Positions 47,732 through 57,462 of a DNA stretch of 61,279 bases are shown piece by piece. The notes under the pieces are model-generated. The model made no database searches. It was not told the DNA's origin and saw nothing but the letters and a program-made list of their open reading frames with translations. The stretch is from Prevotellaceae bacterium (GTDB taxonomy: Bacteria; Bacteroidota; Bacteroidia; Bacteroidales; UBA932). The stretch spans positions 1 through 61,279 of the forward strand of contig JAIROW010000035.1 in the NCBI GenBank assembly GCA_031257315.1, read 5' to 3'. Numbering within the stretch: the first letter of the stretch is position 1; every line of letters begins with the position of its first letter. The translations under genes were made by a program, and so were the position numbers.

Positions 47732-48739
47732 TTAAGGTATCCGTCTTAAAAACAGCAGTTTGACAATCAGTTCAAGAATCAGGAGACAGAATGCAGCCAG
47801 AGCGAATTGTAAAAATTCTTCTTTATATTCGGGAAAACTGTCAACGAGACTTTTGGTTTTTTCCATTTCATTTATTTGCGAATAAATTTCTACAAGTTTG
47901 GTATTGTCTGTTGCGCGGAAATACTGTCCGCCTGTTTCGTCGGCAATACTTTTCATCAATTTTTCGTCGATTTCGACAGGAACCGAGACCATCTGAATAC
48001 CGTATGGCGTTCTCACAGGACAGAGAGCCTCTCCGTTACTTCCTATTCCAATGGTATATATTCTGATTTTGTAGAATTTGGCGATTTCCAGAGCTGTTTC
48101 GGGAGTAACGTTTCCGCTGTTGTTCACTCCGTCTGTCATTAAAATCACAACCTTGCTTTTTGCGTCGCTGTTTTTGAAATGGTTTACGGCTGTAGCCAAG
48201 CCGTTTCCAATTGCCGTACCGTCTTCAATTACATCGGTTTGCGTTTTTGAGATAAGATTTATGAGCGTCGCCCTGTCGGTTGTCATTGGACACTGTATAA
48301 AACTTTCGCCGGCAAAAACGGTCAGTCCTATGCGGTCAGTCTGCCGCTGCGAAACAAACTCAATGGCGATGTCCTTGGCGGCGTTCAGCCTGTCAGGTTT
48401 AAAATCCTGCGACAGCATACTGGTCGATACGTCAAGCGCCAGCATAATGTCAATGCCTTCCACGCTGGTCAGTTCAAATTCTTTGGACGATCTCGGTCGT
48501 GCAAGCGCCAGAATAATAAGCGTAAAAACCAGACAGCGCAATACAAAGGGAATGTGCCTGAAAAAACGATACAAGCCTCCCTTTATTTTTTTCAGAGGCA
48601 TTATTGTTGATACTTTGAGCGACGCCCACGACCTGTTCCCCTGCATGACATACCATGCAATATACGGAACTAACAGCAGTAACAGCCACAGTATCTGGGG
48701 GTTTTCAAGTTTGGGAATGTCCGGAAACAGATTCTTCAT
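47732..48739 (-). CDS. batA: VWA-domain membrane protein BatA-like
   Basis: Two N-terminal TM helices, the MIDAS motif DIMLALDVSTSM, and a C-terminal TM helix. Confidence 0.8.
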   Translation of the reverse strand: MKNLFPDIPKLENPQILWLLLLLVPYIAWYVMQGNRSWASLKVSTIMPLKKIKGGLYRFFRHIPFVLRCLVFTLIILALARPRSSKEFELTSVEGIDIMLALDVSTSMLSQDFKPDRLNAAKDIAIEFVSQRQTDRIGLTVFAGESFIQCPMTTDRATLINLISKTQTDVIEDGTAIGNGLATAVNHFKNSDAKSKVVILMTDGVNNSGNVTPETALEIAKFYKIRIYTIGIGSNGEALCPVRTPYGIQMVSVPVEIDEKLMKSIADETGGQYFRATDNTKLVEIYSQINEMEKTKSLVDSFPEYKEEFLQFALAAFCLLILELIVKLLFLRRIP

Positions 48740-49679
48740 TTTCGGATTGTTTTATTTCGTTTACTATATTATTACCTTGAACAACAAAGAAATATGCGTT
48801 TTGCCAGTTTTCTTCACATTCTGCCGTCGATGCTGGATATTTGGCAAATTTAACCAAATCGGCAATACCGAACAAATCGGCAATATTTTTTACAAGTTCC
48901 GGCGCGGAAAAAACCGTCGAAGGCAGAGTTGCCAGAATTTCGTCCGAAGTTTTTTCCATTATCGAAATATCCGTCTGCAATTCAATATATTCGCGAACAA
49001 TATCGGTCAGCTGCGAATAGTATTCCTTTGTTCTGTTAATTGAAATGTTGGAAGTTTTCAGTTTTTCGAGTTCATTCACAGCCCATTCATACGGGTTGAT
49101 TTTTTTCAGCGGAATAATTTCTTTCCGTTTAAAATATTTTCTCGCTGCAAAGAAAATCGCCACGGCAAGCAATACCGCCAAAACTGCAATTATTGATGCG
49201 TAAAGCCAGAATTTCGACGGATATGTTTTGATGTTGCGAATATCGAAAGGCTGAAAATCCTTATCAAGCGGAATTTCCTTTATATAAAGCGACAGTGTCT
49301 GGCTACTGTAAAGCGTGTCGATAACTCCTGAAATTGAAAGTCTTACAACGGGCATTTTTGAAAAACTTAAATTTCCTTCGCTGAAAGCCGTAAAAAGATA
49401 CCGACGCTCCAGTTTTACGATACTGTCGTTTCCCGATTTTACGGTATCAACTGCTCTGGTTTCGAGAACTTCGATTCCGTTTTCGAGATTTTTTTCAAAT
49501 TCGGGAAACACAAAAAATTCCCGTTTGGAATTTGATTCCACAGAGATTTTAAGCGTAACCTGATCGCCGATAAAAATCGTATCGGTTTCAGGTATAATCT
49601 CCATTTTGACATCGTGCCGGGCGTTTGCCAGAACATTGCACAATAATGTTAAAGTAATCAATATGAGCCGTATATACAT
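48705..49679 (-). CDS. Hypothetical membrane protein (Bat-operon-associated, BatD-N/DUF4381-like)
   Basis: Signal peptide and a central TM helix (LYASIIAVLAVLLAVAIFFAA). Overlaps the batA start by 35 nt. Confidence 0.5.
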   Translation of the reverse strand: MYIRLILITLTLLCNVLANARHDVKMEIIPETDTIFIGDQVTLKISVESNSKREFFVFPEFEKNLENGIEVLETRAVDTVKSGNDSIVKLERRYLFTAFSEGNLSFSKMPVVRLSISGVIDTLYSSQTLSLYIKEIPLDKDFQPFDIRNIKTYPSKFWLYASIIAVLAVLLAVAIFFAARKYFKRKEIIPLKKINPYEWAVNELEKLKTSNISINRTKEYYSQLTDIVREYIELQTDISIMEKTSDEILATLPSTVFSAPELVKNIADLFGIADLVKFAKYPASTAECEENWQNAYFFVVQGNNIVNEIKQSENEESVSGHSQT

Positions 49680-49844
49680 CTTTATACCATACTAAACTTT
49701 GTGCAAAAATACACTAAAAATTTGTAATTACATTCGTTTGCAGAAAAAAAATCGCTCCTCATGGCAAAATTTCTACGGTTTATCTCTGAAAAAGACTTTT
49801 CTTATTTCCAAATATTTTTTTTGCGGATTTAAGGAAACAATTTG

Positions 49845-49852
49845 TACCTTTG
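49845..49852 (+). promoter_or_regulatory. -7 promoter box TAccTTTG upstream of radA
   Basis: TAnnTTTG consensus 58 nt upstream of ATG 49910. Confidence 0.5.
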
Positions 49853-49909
49853 CATAAATATTCGGAATTTTTCCGGCAAACGGTTTATACAAAAAAATTA
49901 GAATACAAG

Positions 49910-51271
49910 ATGGCAAAACAGAAAAAGGCATATTTCTGTCAACAGTGCGGTTACGAGTCGCCAAAATGGCTTGGCAAATGCTCCGCCTGCGGCGGATGGA
50001 ATACTTTTGTCGAAGAAATGGTAACAGGTAAACAGTCCGACGTATTGTCGAATATCGGCAAACATGCGTCTCCTGTCAGGATACAGGACATCAATTTTGA
50101 AACTCACAGGCGCATTATGCTTGAAAACAACGAAATGAACCGGCTTTTGGGCGGCGGACTTGTTGCCGGCTCAATCGCCCTTATTGGCGGAGAACCGGGT
50201 ATCGGAAAATCGACCCTGAGCCTCCAAATCGCTGCCAGACAGCACGATTTGAAAACATTATACGTGTCGGGAGAAGAAAGCGCCAGTCAAATCAAAATGC
50301 GAGCCGAAAGACTTGGATACTCGACTTCGGGAAACTGCTACATTCTGTCGGAAACCCTGCTCGAAAATATTTTTCAGCAAACCAAAGAACTTGAACCCGA
50401 TTTTGTTGTAATTGATTCCATTCAAACAATTTACAGCGAAAAAATCGAATCTTCTCCCGGCAGCATTTCGCAAATCAGAGAATGTGCCGCCATGCTTATG
50501 CGATATGCCAAAGAAAGCAATACGCCCGTTTTTCTTATAGGACATATTACCAAAGACGGTTCTATTGCCGGTCCTAAAATACTGGAACACATTGTTGACG
50601 TGGTTTTACAGTTTGAGGGCGACACCAATTATATATACCGGCTTTTAAGATCTATAAAAAACCGTTTCGGCTCAACCGACGAAATCGGCATTTTTGAGAT
50701 GACCGGACAAGGTTTGCGCGAAGTAAGCAACCCGTCGGAAATACTGATAACGCATCACGACGAACCGTTGAGCGGCACATCTATCGCCGCAATGATCGAC
50801 GGAGCGCGATCGTTTCTCATCGAAACGCAGGCTCTGGTCAGTACCGCAGCATACGGAACGCCGCAACGTTCGACAACCGGTTTCGACGTAAGACGGCTGA
50901 ACATGCTGCTCGCCGTAATGGAAAAACGCGCCGGCTTTAAACTGGCAGTTAAAGACGTATTTCTAAATATTGCAGGCGGTATCAGAGTTAACGATCCTGC
51001 TATTGACCTCGCCGTAGTATCGTCAATACTGTCGTCAACCGTCGATATTCCGATTTCTCAGGACTGGTGTTTTGCCGGCGAAGTCGGACTTTCGGGCGAA
51101 GTACGTCCAATAAACAAAATTGCCGCAAGAATTTCCGAAGCCGAAAAACTGGGTTTCAGCAGAATATTCATATCGAAATACAACCGCAAAACGCCAGAAT
51201 TGAGCAAAATAAAAATAGACGTCGAATTTATAGGCAAAGTTTCCGAGCTGCCGTCCAAACTGTTCGGTTAA
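49910..51271 (+). CDS. radA: DNA repair protein RadA/Sms
   Basis: Zinc finger CQQCGYESPKWLGKCSACGGWN, Walker A GEPGIGKST, KNRFG motif, and a Lon-like C-terminus. The track ORF starts at 49850, but the ATG at 49910 fits RadA. Confidence 0.92.
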   Translation: MAKQKKAYFCQQCGYESPKWLGKCSACGGWNTFVEEMVTGKQSDVLSNIGKHASPVRIQDINFETHRRIMLENNEMNRLLGGGLVAGSIALIGGEPGIGKSTLSLQIAARQHDLKTLYVSGEESASQIKMRAERLGYSTSGNCYILSETLLENIFQQTKELEPDFVVIDSIQTIYSEKIESSPGSISQIRECAAMLMRYAKESNTPVFLIGHITKDGSIAGPKILEHIVDVVLQFEGDTNYIYRLLRSIKNRFGSTDEIGIFEMTGQGLREVSNPSEILITHHDEPLSGTSIAAMIDGARSFLIETQALVSTAAYGTPQRSTTGFDVRRLNMLLAVMEKRAGFKLAVKDVFLNIAGGIRVNDPAIDLAVVSSILSSTVDIPISQDWCFAGEVGLSGEVRPINKIAARISEAEKLGFSRIFISKYNRKTPELSKIKIDVEFIGKVSELPSKLFG

Positions 51272-51482
51272 TGAGTGTGCCGTTGGCAGAATTATACTGC
51301 GAAGATATTTTCCGCAGAAAAAAGCAGCGTACAATTATCAGGATAATTTCCGCGCATTAATCCTGCAAACATATTGACGGCAATTTTTAATTATCTGATT
51401 ATATGCGATTTACAGAATACCGCTTTCCTATTCAAATAATTCATGTATATTTGTGCCGTTAATTGATATAAATTATATTATA

Positions 51483-51650
51483 ATGAAAACATTTTTATTT
51501 CTTAGTCCTCCAATAATTGTACTGATTGTTGTTGTGGTGATTCTCCTTTTCGGAGGCAAAAAACTTCCCGAACTGATGAAAGGTCTTGGTCAGGGAATCA
51601 AGGGATTCAAAGACGAAATGAAGGACGACGACAAAAAAATAGAAAAATAA
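51483..51650 (+). CDS. tatA: Twin-arginine translocase subunit TatA/E
   Basis: A single TM helix then [21 protein letters not shown] (amphipathic helix), 55 aa. Confidence 0.85.
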   Translation: MKTFLFLSPPIIVLIVVVVILLFGGKKLPELMKGLGQGIKGFKDEMKDDDKKIEK

Positions 51651-51667
51651 CAGAGGCATAATTCGCA

Positions 51668-52486
51668 ATGAAAAGCGAAAACAGCAAAACGCAAACCGGC
51701 AACGAAGCCGCAAACGTTGTACGCATACTGGTACTTGAACGTATAGACGCTTTCAGAAAAATGATTTTTCGCATTGCCGGAGTGTTTTTTGTGTGTATGA
51801 TAATTGTGTTTGCAAATAAACATCTGGTTTTCGATACAATACTTTTCAGTCCTGCAAGTTCCGATTTTGTACTTTACCGGTGGTTGTGTAAATTGGGAGA
51901 ATTGTTATCCATGCCTTCATTATGTGTTGAAGAATTTAAACTGAAATTTCAAAACATCTCAATTTCAGGGCAGTTTTTTGTACATGTCGGTACATCGTTC
52001 TGGTTTGGGCTTGCAGTTTCTTTTCCGTGGATAATATATCAGTTATGGAAATTTGCAGCTCCGATTATGAACAAAAAAGTACGGGAAATAACAAAAAAAT
52101 CACTTGTACTGTCATCGGCGCTTTTTTTTGCAGGCATAACAACTGGATATTTTTTAGTAGTACCGCTGGCTGTAAAGTTCTTAGGTCTGTATCAGGTTGC
52201 CGACGCCGTGAAAAACATCATTACGCTGACCTCATACATCGATACTTTTGTTATGCTGGTTATAGGAATGGGACTTGCGTTTCAGTTTCCGTTGATTATT
52301 CTGGCGCTTTCGCATATCGGCATACTGCACAGGTCGTTCCTGAAAAAATACAGGAGACATGCAATAATTGTGATAACGATAATCGCCGCCATAGTTACGC
52401 CGACCCCAGACCCAATGACAATGATTATCATGAGCGCTCCGCTCGTACTTTTATATGAAATAAGTATTTATTTTTGCAAAAAATAG
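51668..52486 (+). CDS. tatC: TatC paralogue 1 (divergent, lacks both conserved signal-peptide-binding glutamates)
   Basis: Six-TM TatC architecture, collinear with the next gene and well over half identical by eye. Has RIDAFR instead of HLDELR, and NKKVRE instead of YDNERK. Confidence 0.85.
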   Translation: MKSENSKTQTGNEAANVVRILVLERIDAFRKMIFRIAGVFFVCMIIVFANKHLVFDTILFSPASSDFVLYRWLCKLGELLSMPSLCVEEFKLKFQNISISGQFFVHVGTSFWFGLAVSFPWIIYQLWKFAAPIMNKKVREITKKSLVLSSALFFAGITTGYFLVVPLAVKFLGLYQVADAVKNIITLTSYIDTFVMLVIGMGLAFQFPLIILALSHIGILHRSFLKKYRRHAIIVITIIAAIVTPTPDPMTMIIMSAPLVLLYEISIYFCKK

Positions 52487-52492
52487 TGTTAA

Positions 52493-53305
52493 ATGAACGA
52501 AAAAGAAGAAGAAGAAAAAAAACATACCGGCGACGCCAAAGAAATGTCTTTCTGGGAACATCTTGACGAACTGCGCGGTACAATATTTCGCATCGCCGGC
52601 GGAATAATTGTTTGCATGATACTTGTATTTGCAAACAGACATCTGATATTTGACGTAATAATTTTCGGTCCCACAAGTTCCGATTTTATTCTGTACAGAG
52701 GATTGAACTGGCTGGCAAAAGTATGGAATATATCTTCGCTGAATATTGAGTATTTTAAACTCAACTTTCAAAATGTTACAGTTTCGGGGCAGTTTTTCAC
52801 ACATATCAACACCTCGTTCTGGTTTGGACTTGTACTTTCATTTCCATGGATAATCTTTCAATTGTGGCGTTTCGTCAGCCCCGCTCTCTACGACAATGAA
52901 CGCAAAGCGGCTACAAGAGCTTTTTCGTTTTCGTCTCTGCTTTTTTTTACGGGCGTGGCTGTCGCCTATTTTATGGTCATACCGTTATCGGTAAAATTCT
53001 TAGGTACTTACTATGTTGCCGAAAATGTGGAAAATATTATAACAATAGCCTCGTATATTGATATGTTTGTATTACTGGCTATAAGCATGGGGTTGATTTT
53101 TCAACTACCAATACTTATTATGATGCTTTCCAGAATAGGCATTGTTCGCAGACGCATGTTGAACAAATATCGACGGCACGCCATTGTGGGAATCGTAACT
53201 CTGGCAGCAATCGTAACTCCGACCGCCGACCCGTTTACAATGCTGGTTGTCAGTATGCCTGTCTGGTTGTTGTATGAATTTAGCATATACTTGTGTAAAA
53301 AATAA
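52493..53305 (+). CDS. tatC: TatC paralogue 2 (canonical)
   Basis: FWEHLDELR N-terminus, PALYDNERK loop, TPTADP motif. Confidence 0.9.
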   Translation: MNEKEEEEKKHTGDAKEMSFWEHLDELRGTIFRIAGGIIVCMILVFANRHLIFDVIIFGPTSSDFILYRGLNWLAKVWNISSLNIEYFKLNFQNVTVSGQFFTHINTSFWFGLVLSFPWIIFQLWRFVSPALYDNERKAATRAFSFSSLLFFTGVAVAYFMVIPLSVKFLGTYYVAENVENIITIASYIDMFVLLAISMGLIFQLPILIMMLSRIGIVRRRMLNKYRRHAIVGIVTLAAIVTPTADPFTMLVVSMPVWLLYEFSIYLCKK

Positions 53306-53320
53306 AATTAATATAAAATA

Positions 53321-55072
53321 ATGTACAGAACGCATAACTGCGGCGAACTCCGCATACAGGACAAAGGAAAAAAAGTAAAACTCGCAGGCTGGGTTCAAAA
53401 AATTCGCAAACTCGGAGGAATGACATTTGTCGATTTGAGAGACCGTTACGGCATCACTCAATTGACAATAGACGAAAAGGCTGATAGACAGCTTGTTCAG
53501 ACTGTTGAATCTTTGGGGCGCGAATTTGTCATTCAAATAACTGGCGACGTTGCCGAGCGCATGTCCAAAAATCCAAAAATAGCGACAGGCGAAATCGAAA
53601 TTATTCTCGAAAACGTAAAAATACTGAACGCATCGGAACTTCCGCCTTTTACAATCGAAGACGATACGGACGGCGGCGACGAACTGCGTATGAAATTCAG
53701 ATACCTGGACTTGCGGCGCACTCCCCTTCGACAGGCTCTGGAACTGCGACACACAATGGCGCACGAAGTTCGGAAATACATGGATTCGCAAAAATTTCTC
53801 GAAATAGAAACTCCATACCTGATAAAATCGACGCCCGAAGGAGCGCGTGATTTTATTGTGCCTTCGAGAATACATCCGGGCGAATTTTACGCTTTGCCGC
53901 AATCGCCTCAAACTTTCAAGCAGATACTGATGGTGGCTGGCTATGACCGTTATTTTCAGATTGTCAGATGTTTCAGAGACGAAGACCTTCGTGCCGACCG
54001 CCAGCCCGAATTTACGCAAATCGACTGTGAAATGTCGTTTGTAGAACAGAACGACATATTGCAAACCTTTGAGGGACTGGCAAAACATCTGTTTAAAACA
54101 GTTCTGGGTATCGACTTTACGGAAGATTTTCCGCGAATGAGCTATAATGACGCAATGAATTTCTACGGCTGCGACAAACCGGATATTCGTTTCGACATGA
54201 AAATCACCGACATTACAGACTCCGTAAAAGGCAACGGTTTTTCGGTGTTCGACAGCGCAGCCTGCATCGGCGCCATTGTTGCCGGAAAATGCGCGGAATA
54301 TACCCGCAAACAGCTGGACGAATTGACAGACTGGGTGAAACGTCCGCAAATCGGAGCGAAAGGTTTGATATACATAAAATTAAATAACGACGGAATTAAA
54401 TCAAGCGTTGACAAATTTTATAATTCTGACGAATTGCAGGCTATTGCCGACAAAACCGGCGCTAAAACCGGCGACCTGATTCTTATTCTTGCCGGCGAAC
54501 GGAAAATAACGCTTGCCGGACTTTGCGCTCTGCGGCTTGAAATGGGAAACCGGCTAAATCTTCGCAATGACAAAATTTTTAAGCCTTTATGGGTTATCGA
54601 CTTTCCGCTGTTTGAATACGACGAAGAAACCAAACGCTATTATGCAATGCATCACCCGTTTACGTCGCCTGTTCCCGAAGATTTGCACAAACTCGAAAGC
54701 AATCCGGCAGACGTCAGAGCCAATGCTTACGATTTTGTCGTTAACGGCGTAGAAATAGGAGGCGGCTCTATACGTATTCATGATTCGCAGATTCAGCGAA
54801 CAATGTTCAAAGTGCTGGGATTTACTCCCGAAGAGGCTGAAAAACAGTTCGGATTTATCATAAACGCTTTCCGTTACGGAGCGCCTCCACACGGTGGAAT
54901 TGCATTCGGGTTCGACAGATGGTGCGCTATTTTTGGCGGTTCAGATTCGATTCGCGACTATATTGCTTTCCCAAAAAACAATTCGGGAAAAGACGTAATG
55001 ATTGACTCGCCATCAACTGTAAACAGCGAGCAGCTGGAAGAACTTGGTATAAAATTAATTTCCAAAATTTAA
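53321..55072 (+). CDS. aspS: Aspartate--tRNA ligase
   Basis: [11 protein letters not shown] start, class II motifs [16 protein letters not shown] and GGGSIRIH, 583 aa. Confidence 0.93.
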   Translation: MYRTHNCGELRIQDKGKKVKLAGWVQKIRKLGGMTFVDLRDRYGITQLTIDEKADRQLVQTVESLGREFVIQITGDVAERMSKNPKIATGEIEIILENVKILNASELPPFTIEDDTDGGDELRMKFRYLDLRRTPLRQALELRHTMAHEVRKYMDSQKFLEIETPYLIKSTPEGARDFIVPSRIHPGEFYALPQSPQTFKQILMVAGYDRYFQIVRCFRDEDLRADRQPEFTQIDCEMSFVEQNDILQTFEGLAKHLFKTVLGIDFTEDFPRMSYNDAMNFYGCDKPDIRFDMKITDITDSVKGNGFSVFDSAACIGAIVAGKCAEYTRKQLDELTDWVKRPQIGAKGLIYIKLNNDGIKSSVDKFYNSDELQAIADKTGAKTGDLILILAGERKITLAGLCALRLEMGNRLNLRNDKIFKPLWVIDFPLFEYDEETKRYYAMHHPFTSPVPEDLHKLESNPADVRANAYDFVVNGVEIGGGSIRIHDSQIQRTMFKVLGFTPEEAEKQFGFIINAFRYGAPPHGGIAFGFDRWCAIFGGSDSIRDYIAFPKNNSGKDVMIDSPSTVNSEQLEELGIKLISKI

Positions 55073-55079
55073 AATTACA

Positions 55080-55712
55080 ATGACGGAAAAGGATACATGT
55101 TTTCAGTTGTTTCTGAATGAACGTTTTTTTATGATTTCAAACAGTGAAGATGTTTGTTTCAACTCTGTCAACGGAATTGGAACAAAAATTGAACGGATTG
55201 AAGATATGGGTAAAACTTTTGATATGTTTGAAAAGTCGAACATTCCTGAATTTTATGTATATACGGAAACTCCAGAAGTGGCGCTGAACTGTTTGCTCGA
55301 AAAAAACGAATTTATATCGGCGGCAGGCGGAATAGTTTCAAATGCCGACAACTGTATCCTTTTAATGAACCGTCTGGGTTACAGCGATTTCCCGAAAGGA
55401 AAAGTAGAAATTGGCGAAACAGAAATATCGGCGGCGCGTCGCGAAATTGAAGAAGAATGTGGACTGAACGTCGAAATAAGTAATAAAATAATGGATACCT
55501 ATCACGTTTACCATAATAATGAAAAGAGAATAATAAAACGCACGGCATGGTTTGCAGCTGAATATTATGGAAATCAAATATTTACGCCACAGACAGAAGA
55601 AGGAATAACGGATATTCGATGGGTTTCGATAAAATCTGTCAACGAACATCTGTCAGAAATGTATGCATCGCTTAGACCACTGATTACCAAATATCTATCA
55701 ATTTTAAAATAA
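55080..55712 (+). CDS. Nudix hydrolase
   Basis: Nudix box GKVEIGETEISAARREIEEECGL. Confidence 0.8.
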   Translation: MTEKDTCFQLFLNERFFMISNSEDVCFNSVNGIGTKIERIEDMGKTFDMFEKSNIPEFYVYTETPEVALNCLLEKNEFISAAGGIVSNADNCILLMNRLGYSDFPKGKVEIGETEISAARREIEEECGLNVEISNKIMDTYHVYHNNEKRIIKRTAWFAAEYYGNQIFTPQTEEGITDIRWVSIKSVNEHLSEMYASLRPLITKYLSILK

Positions 55713-55725
55713 CGATTAAAAACCA

Positions 55726-57063
55726 TTGGATATGATAAAAACATTTAAAATCGGAGGAATACATCCCAAAGACCGGAAACTTTCGGCAGACGTACAAATC
55801 GAAACCGTCGCTCCGGAAGGTACAGTAACAATATTTCTTTCACAGCACATTGGAGCGCCGGCTGAAGCTGTTGTTGCAAAGGGCGACAAAGTTAAAACTG
55901 GACAACTTATAGGCAAATCGACAGGGTTTGTTTCGGCAAATATTCATTCGTCGGTATCGGGTACGGTACTTGGCATTGATAAAGTCAGAGATCATCTGGG
56001 ACAAAACAGTAACGTTGCCGTCAGCATCAAAGTCGAAGGCGACGAATGGATGGACGATATTGACCGTTCTGATACAATTATTAGCGAAATAAAACTGTCG
56101 GCAGAAGAAATTGTAAAAAAAATAGCAGAAAAAGGACTTGTAGGTTTAGGTGGCGCCGCTTTTCCATCGCACGTAAAACTGTCTGTTCCTGCGGGAAAAA
56201 AAGCCGAATGTCTGATAATAAACGGAGCAGAGTGTGAGCCATATCTTACATCAGATTACCGAGTTATGATGGAACACACGGAAGAACTGCTGATTGGAGT
56301 GCGGATTTTGAAAAAGGCGCTGAACGTGCCGGTTGCTTTCATCGGAATAGAGGTGAACAAGCCAAAAGCAATTGCAAAATTACAGTCGATGCTTGCCGGC
56401 GATAAAAGTATAAAAATCGTTCCATTAAAGAAAAAATATCCGCAGGGAGGCGAAAAACAGTTAATCAGCGCCATAATAAACAGAGAAGTCCCGTCAGGGG
56501 GATTACCGATAGACACAGGCGCGGTTGTTCATAACGCAGGTACGACATATTCTGTTTACGAAGCAGTTCAAAAAAACAAACCTTTAATTGATAACATTGT
56601 AACCGTTACGGGAGAAAATGTATCAGTACAAAAAAATCTGCTCGTCAGAGTTGGAACTCCAATTTCAAAGTTGATAGAAATTGCAGGCGGACTTCCCGCA
56701 AATACAGGCAAAATAATACTTGGCGGTCCAATGATGGGCAAGGCAATATGCAATCCCGACGCTCCGACACAAAAAAGTACTTCGTCAATACTGCTAATTC
56801 CCGACGGAGAAGCGCGTCGAAAACCGGAATCGGCATGTATAAGGTGTTCGCGCTGCATAAAAGTCTGTCCGATGGTTCTCGAACCGTATCTGCTGAAAAG
56901 ACTGTCGGAACAAAAAATGTTTGACGAACTCGAACAAAATTCCGTTCACGATTGTATCGAATGTGGCAGCTGCATGTATTCCTGTCCCGCAAATATCGCC
57001 TTGCTGGATCATATACGTTTTGGAAAAGCGGAAGTAATGAAAATCAGAAGAAAAAGAGCGTAA
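55726..57063 (+). CDS. rnfC: RnfC-like electron-transport subunit (barrel-sandwich N-domain, NADH-binding/SLBB region, two 4Fe-4S motifs), with no other rnf genes adjacent
   Basis: IGGIHP N-terminus, GLGGAAFPSHVKL, CIRCSRCIKVCP and CIECGSCMYSCP. Confidence 0.8.
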   Translation: MDMIKTFKIGGIHPKDRKLSADVQIETVAPEGTVTIFLSQHIGAPAEAVVAKGDKVKTGQLIGKSTGFVSANIHSSVSGTVLGIDKVRDHLGQNSNVAVSIKVEGDEWMDDIDRSDTIISEIKLSAEEIVKKIAEKGLVGLGGAAFPSHVKLSVPAGKKAECLIINGAECEPYLTSDYRVMMEHTEELLIGVRILKKALNVPVAFIGIEVNKPKAIAKLQSMLAGDKSIKIVPLKKKYPQGGEKQLISAIINREVPSGGLPIDTGAVVHNAGTTYSVYEAVQKNKPLIDNIVTVTGENVSVQKNLLVRVGTPISKLIEIAGGLPANTGKIILGGPMMGKAICNPDAPTQKSTSSILLIPDGEARRKPESACIRCSRCIKVCPMVLEPYLLKRLSEQKMFDELEQNSVHDCIECGSCMYSCPANIALLDHIRFGKAEVMKIRRKRA

Positions 57064-57080
57064 AAGGAGTTGTATAAAAA

Positions 57081-57226
57081 GGCTGAAAACCAGCGCCACA
57101 CCCTACCCTGTCCACGCCCTGTAAAGGCGCGGGTAATGTGGCTTATGCCCTTTCATGGCTACATTTTTGCAATTGTATTTATTTGGCAAGGCGTCGCCCT
57201 GTGATGTTGATTTCCGGTTTTCAGCC
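57081..57226. repeat. 146-bp element bounded by 11-bp inverted repeats GGCTGAAAACC / GGTTTTCAGCC
   Basis: Read directly. The CTGGTTTTCAGCC module also occurs at 46644-46656 and (variant) 32602-32614. Confidence 0.7.
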
Positions 57227-57242
57227 ATTGTGGAACAGTTTC

Positions 57243-57340
57243 TTATGAAAATTATACAATTGCTGCGACGACAAATTTACATAACCTCTATTGTATTAAT
57301 ATACATGAAGAGTCGTGGATACATATATTTGAAATTTTTG
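57243..57340 (+). repeat. 98-bp direct repeat, left copy (flanks the lipoprotein cassette)
   Basis: TTATGAAAATTATACAATTGCTGCGACGACAAATTTACATAA...GAAATTTTTG. Has 4 mismatches to 60461-60558. Confidence 0.9.
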
Positions 57341-57383
57341 AATAAAAAACATTATCTTTGCAGTCAAAAACAGAAAATATAAT
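57321..57383 (+). promoter_or_regulatory. Promoter module (TTTG-N21-TAtcTTTG), copy 1
   Basis: -7 box at 57353-57360. A 62-nt near-identical copy lies at 59163-59224. Confidence 0.65.
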
Positions 57384-57462
57384 ACTGTGAATTTATTAAA
57401 TTATACGTTATGAAAAAAGAAGAATGGACAAGTGCTTCTGAGCAACAAAAAGTGAAAACATT

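Noticed and set aside
48078-49043. A 321-aa ORF on the plus strand.
   Set aside because: It is antisense to batA and its upstream partner. The composition (Ser/Phe/Ile-rich) is typical of a shadow frame.
53105-54349. A 414-aa ORF on the minus strand.
   Set aside because: It lies entirely antisense to aspS, whose product has unmistakable class II synthetase motifs. The antisense product is low-complexity with no recognisable motif, so it is a typical shadow ORF.
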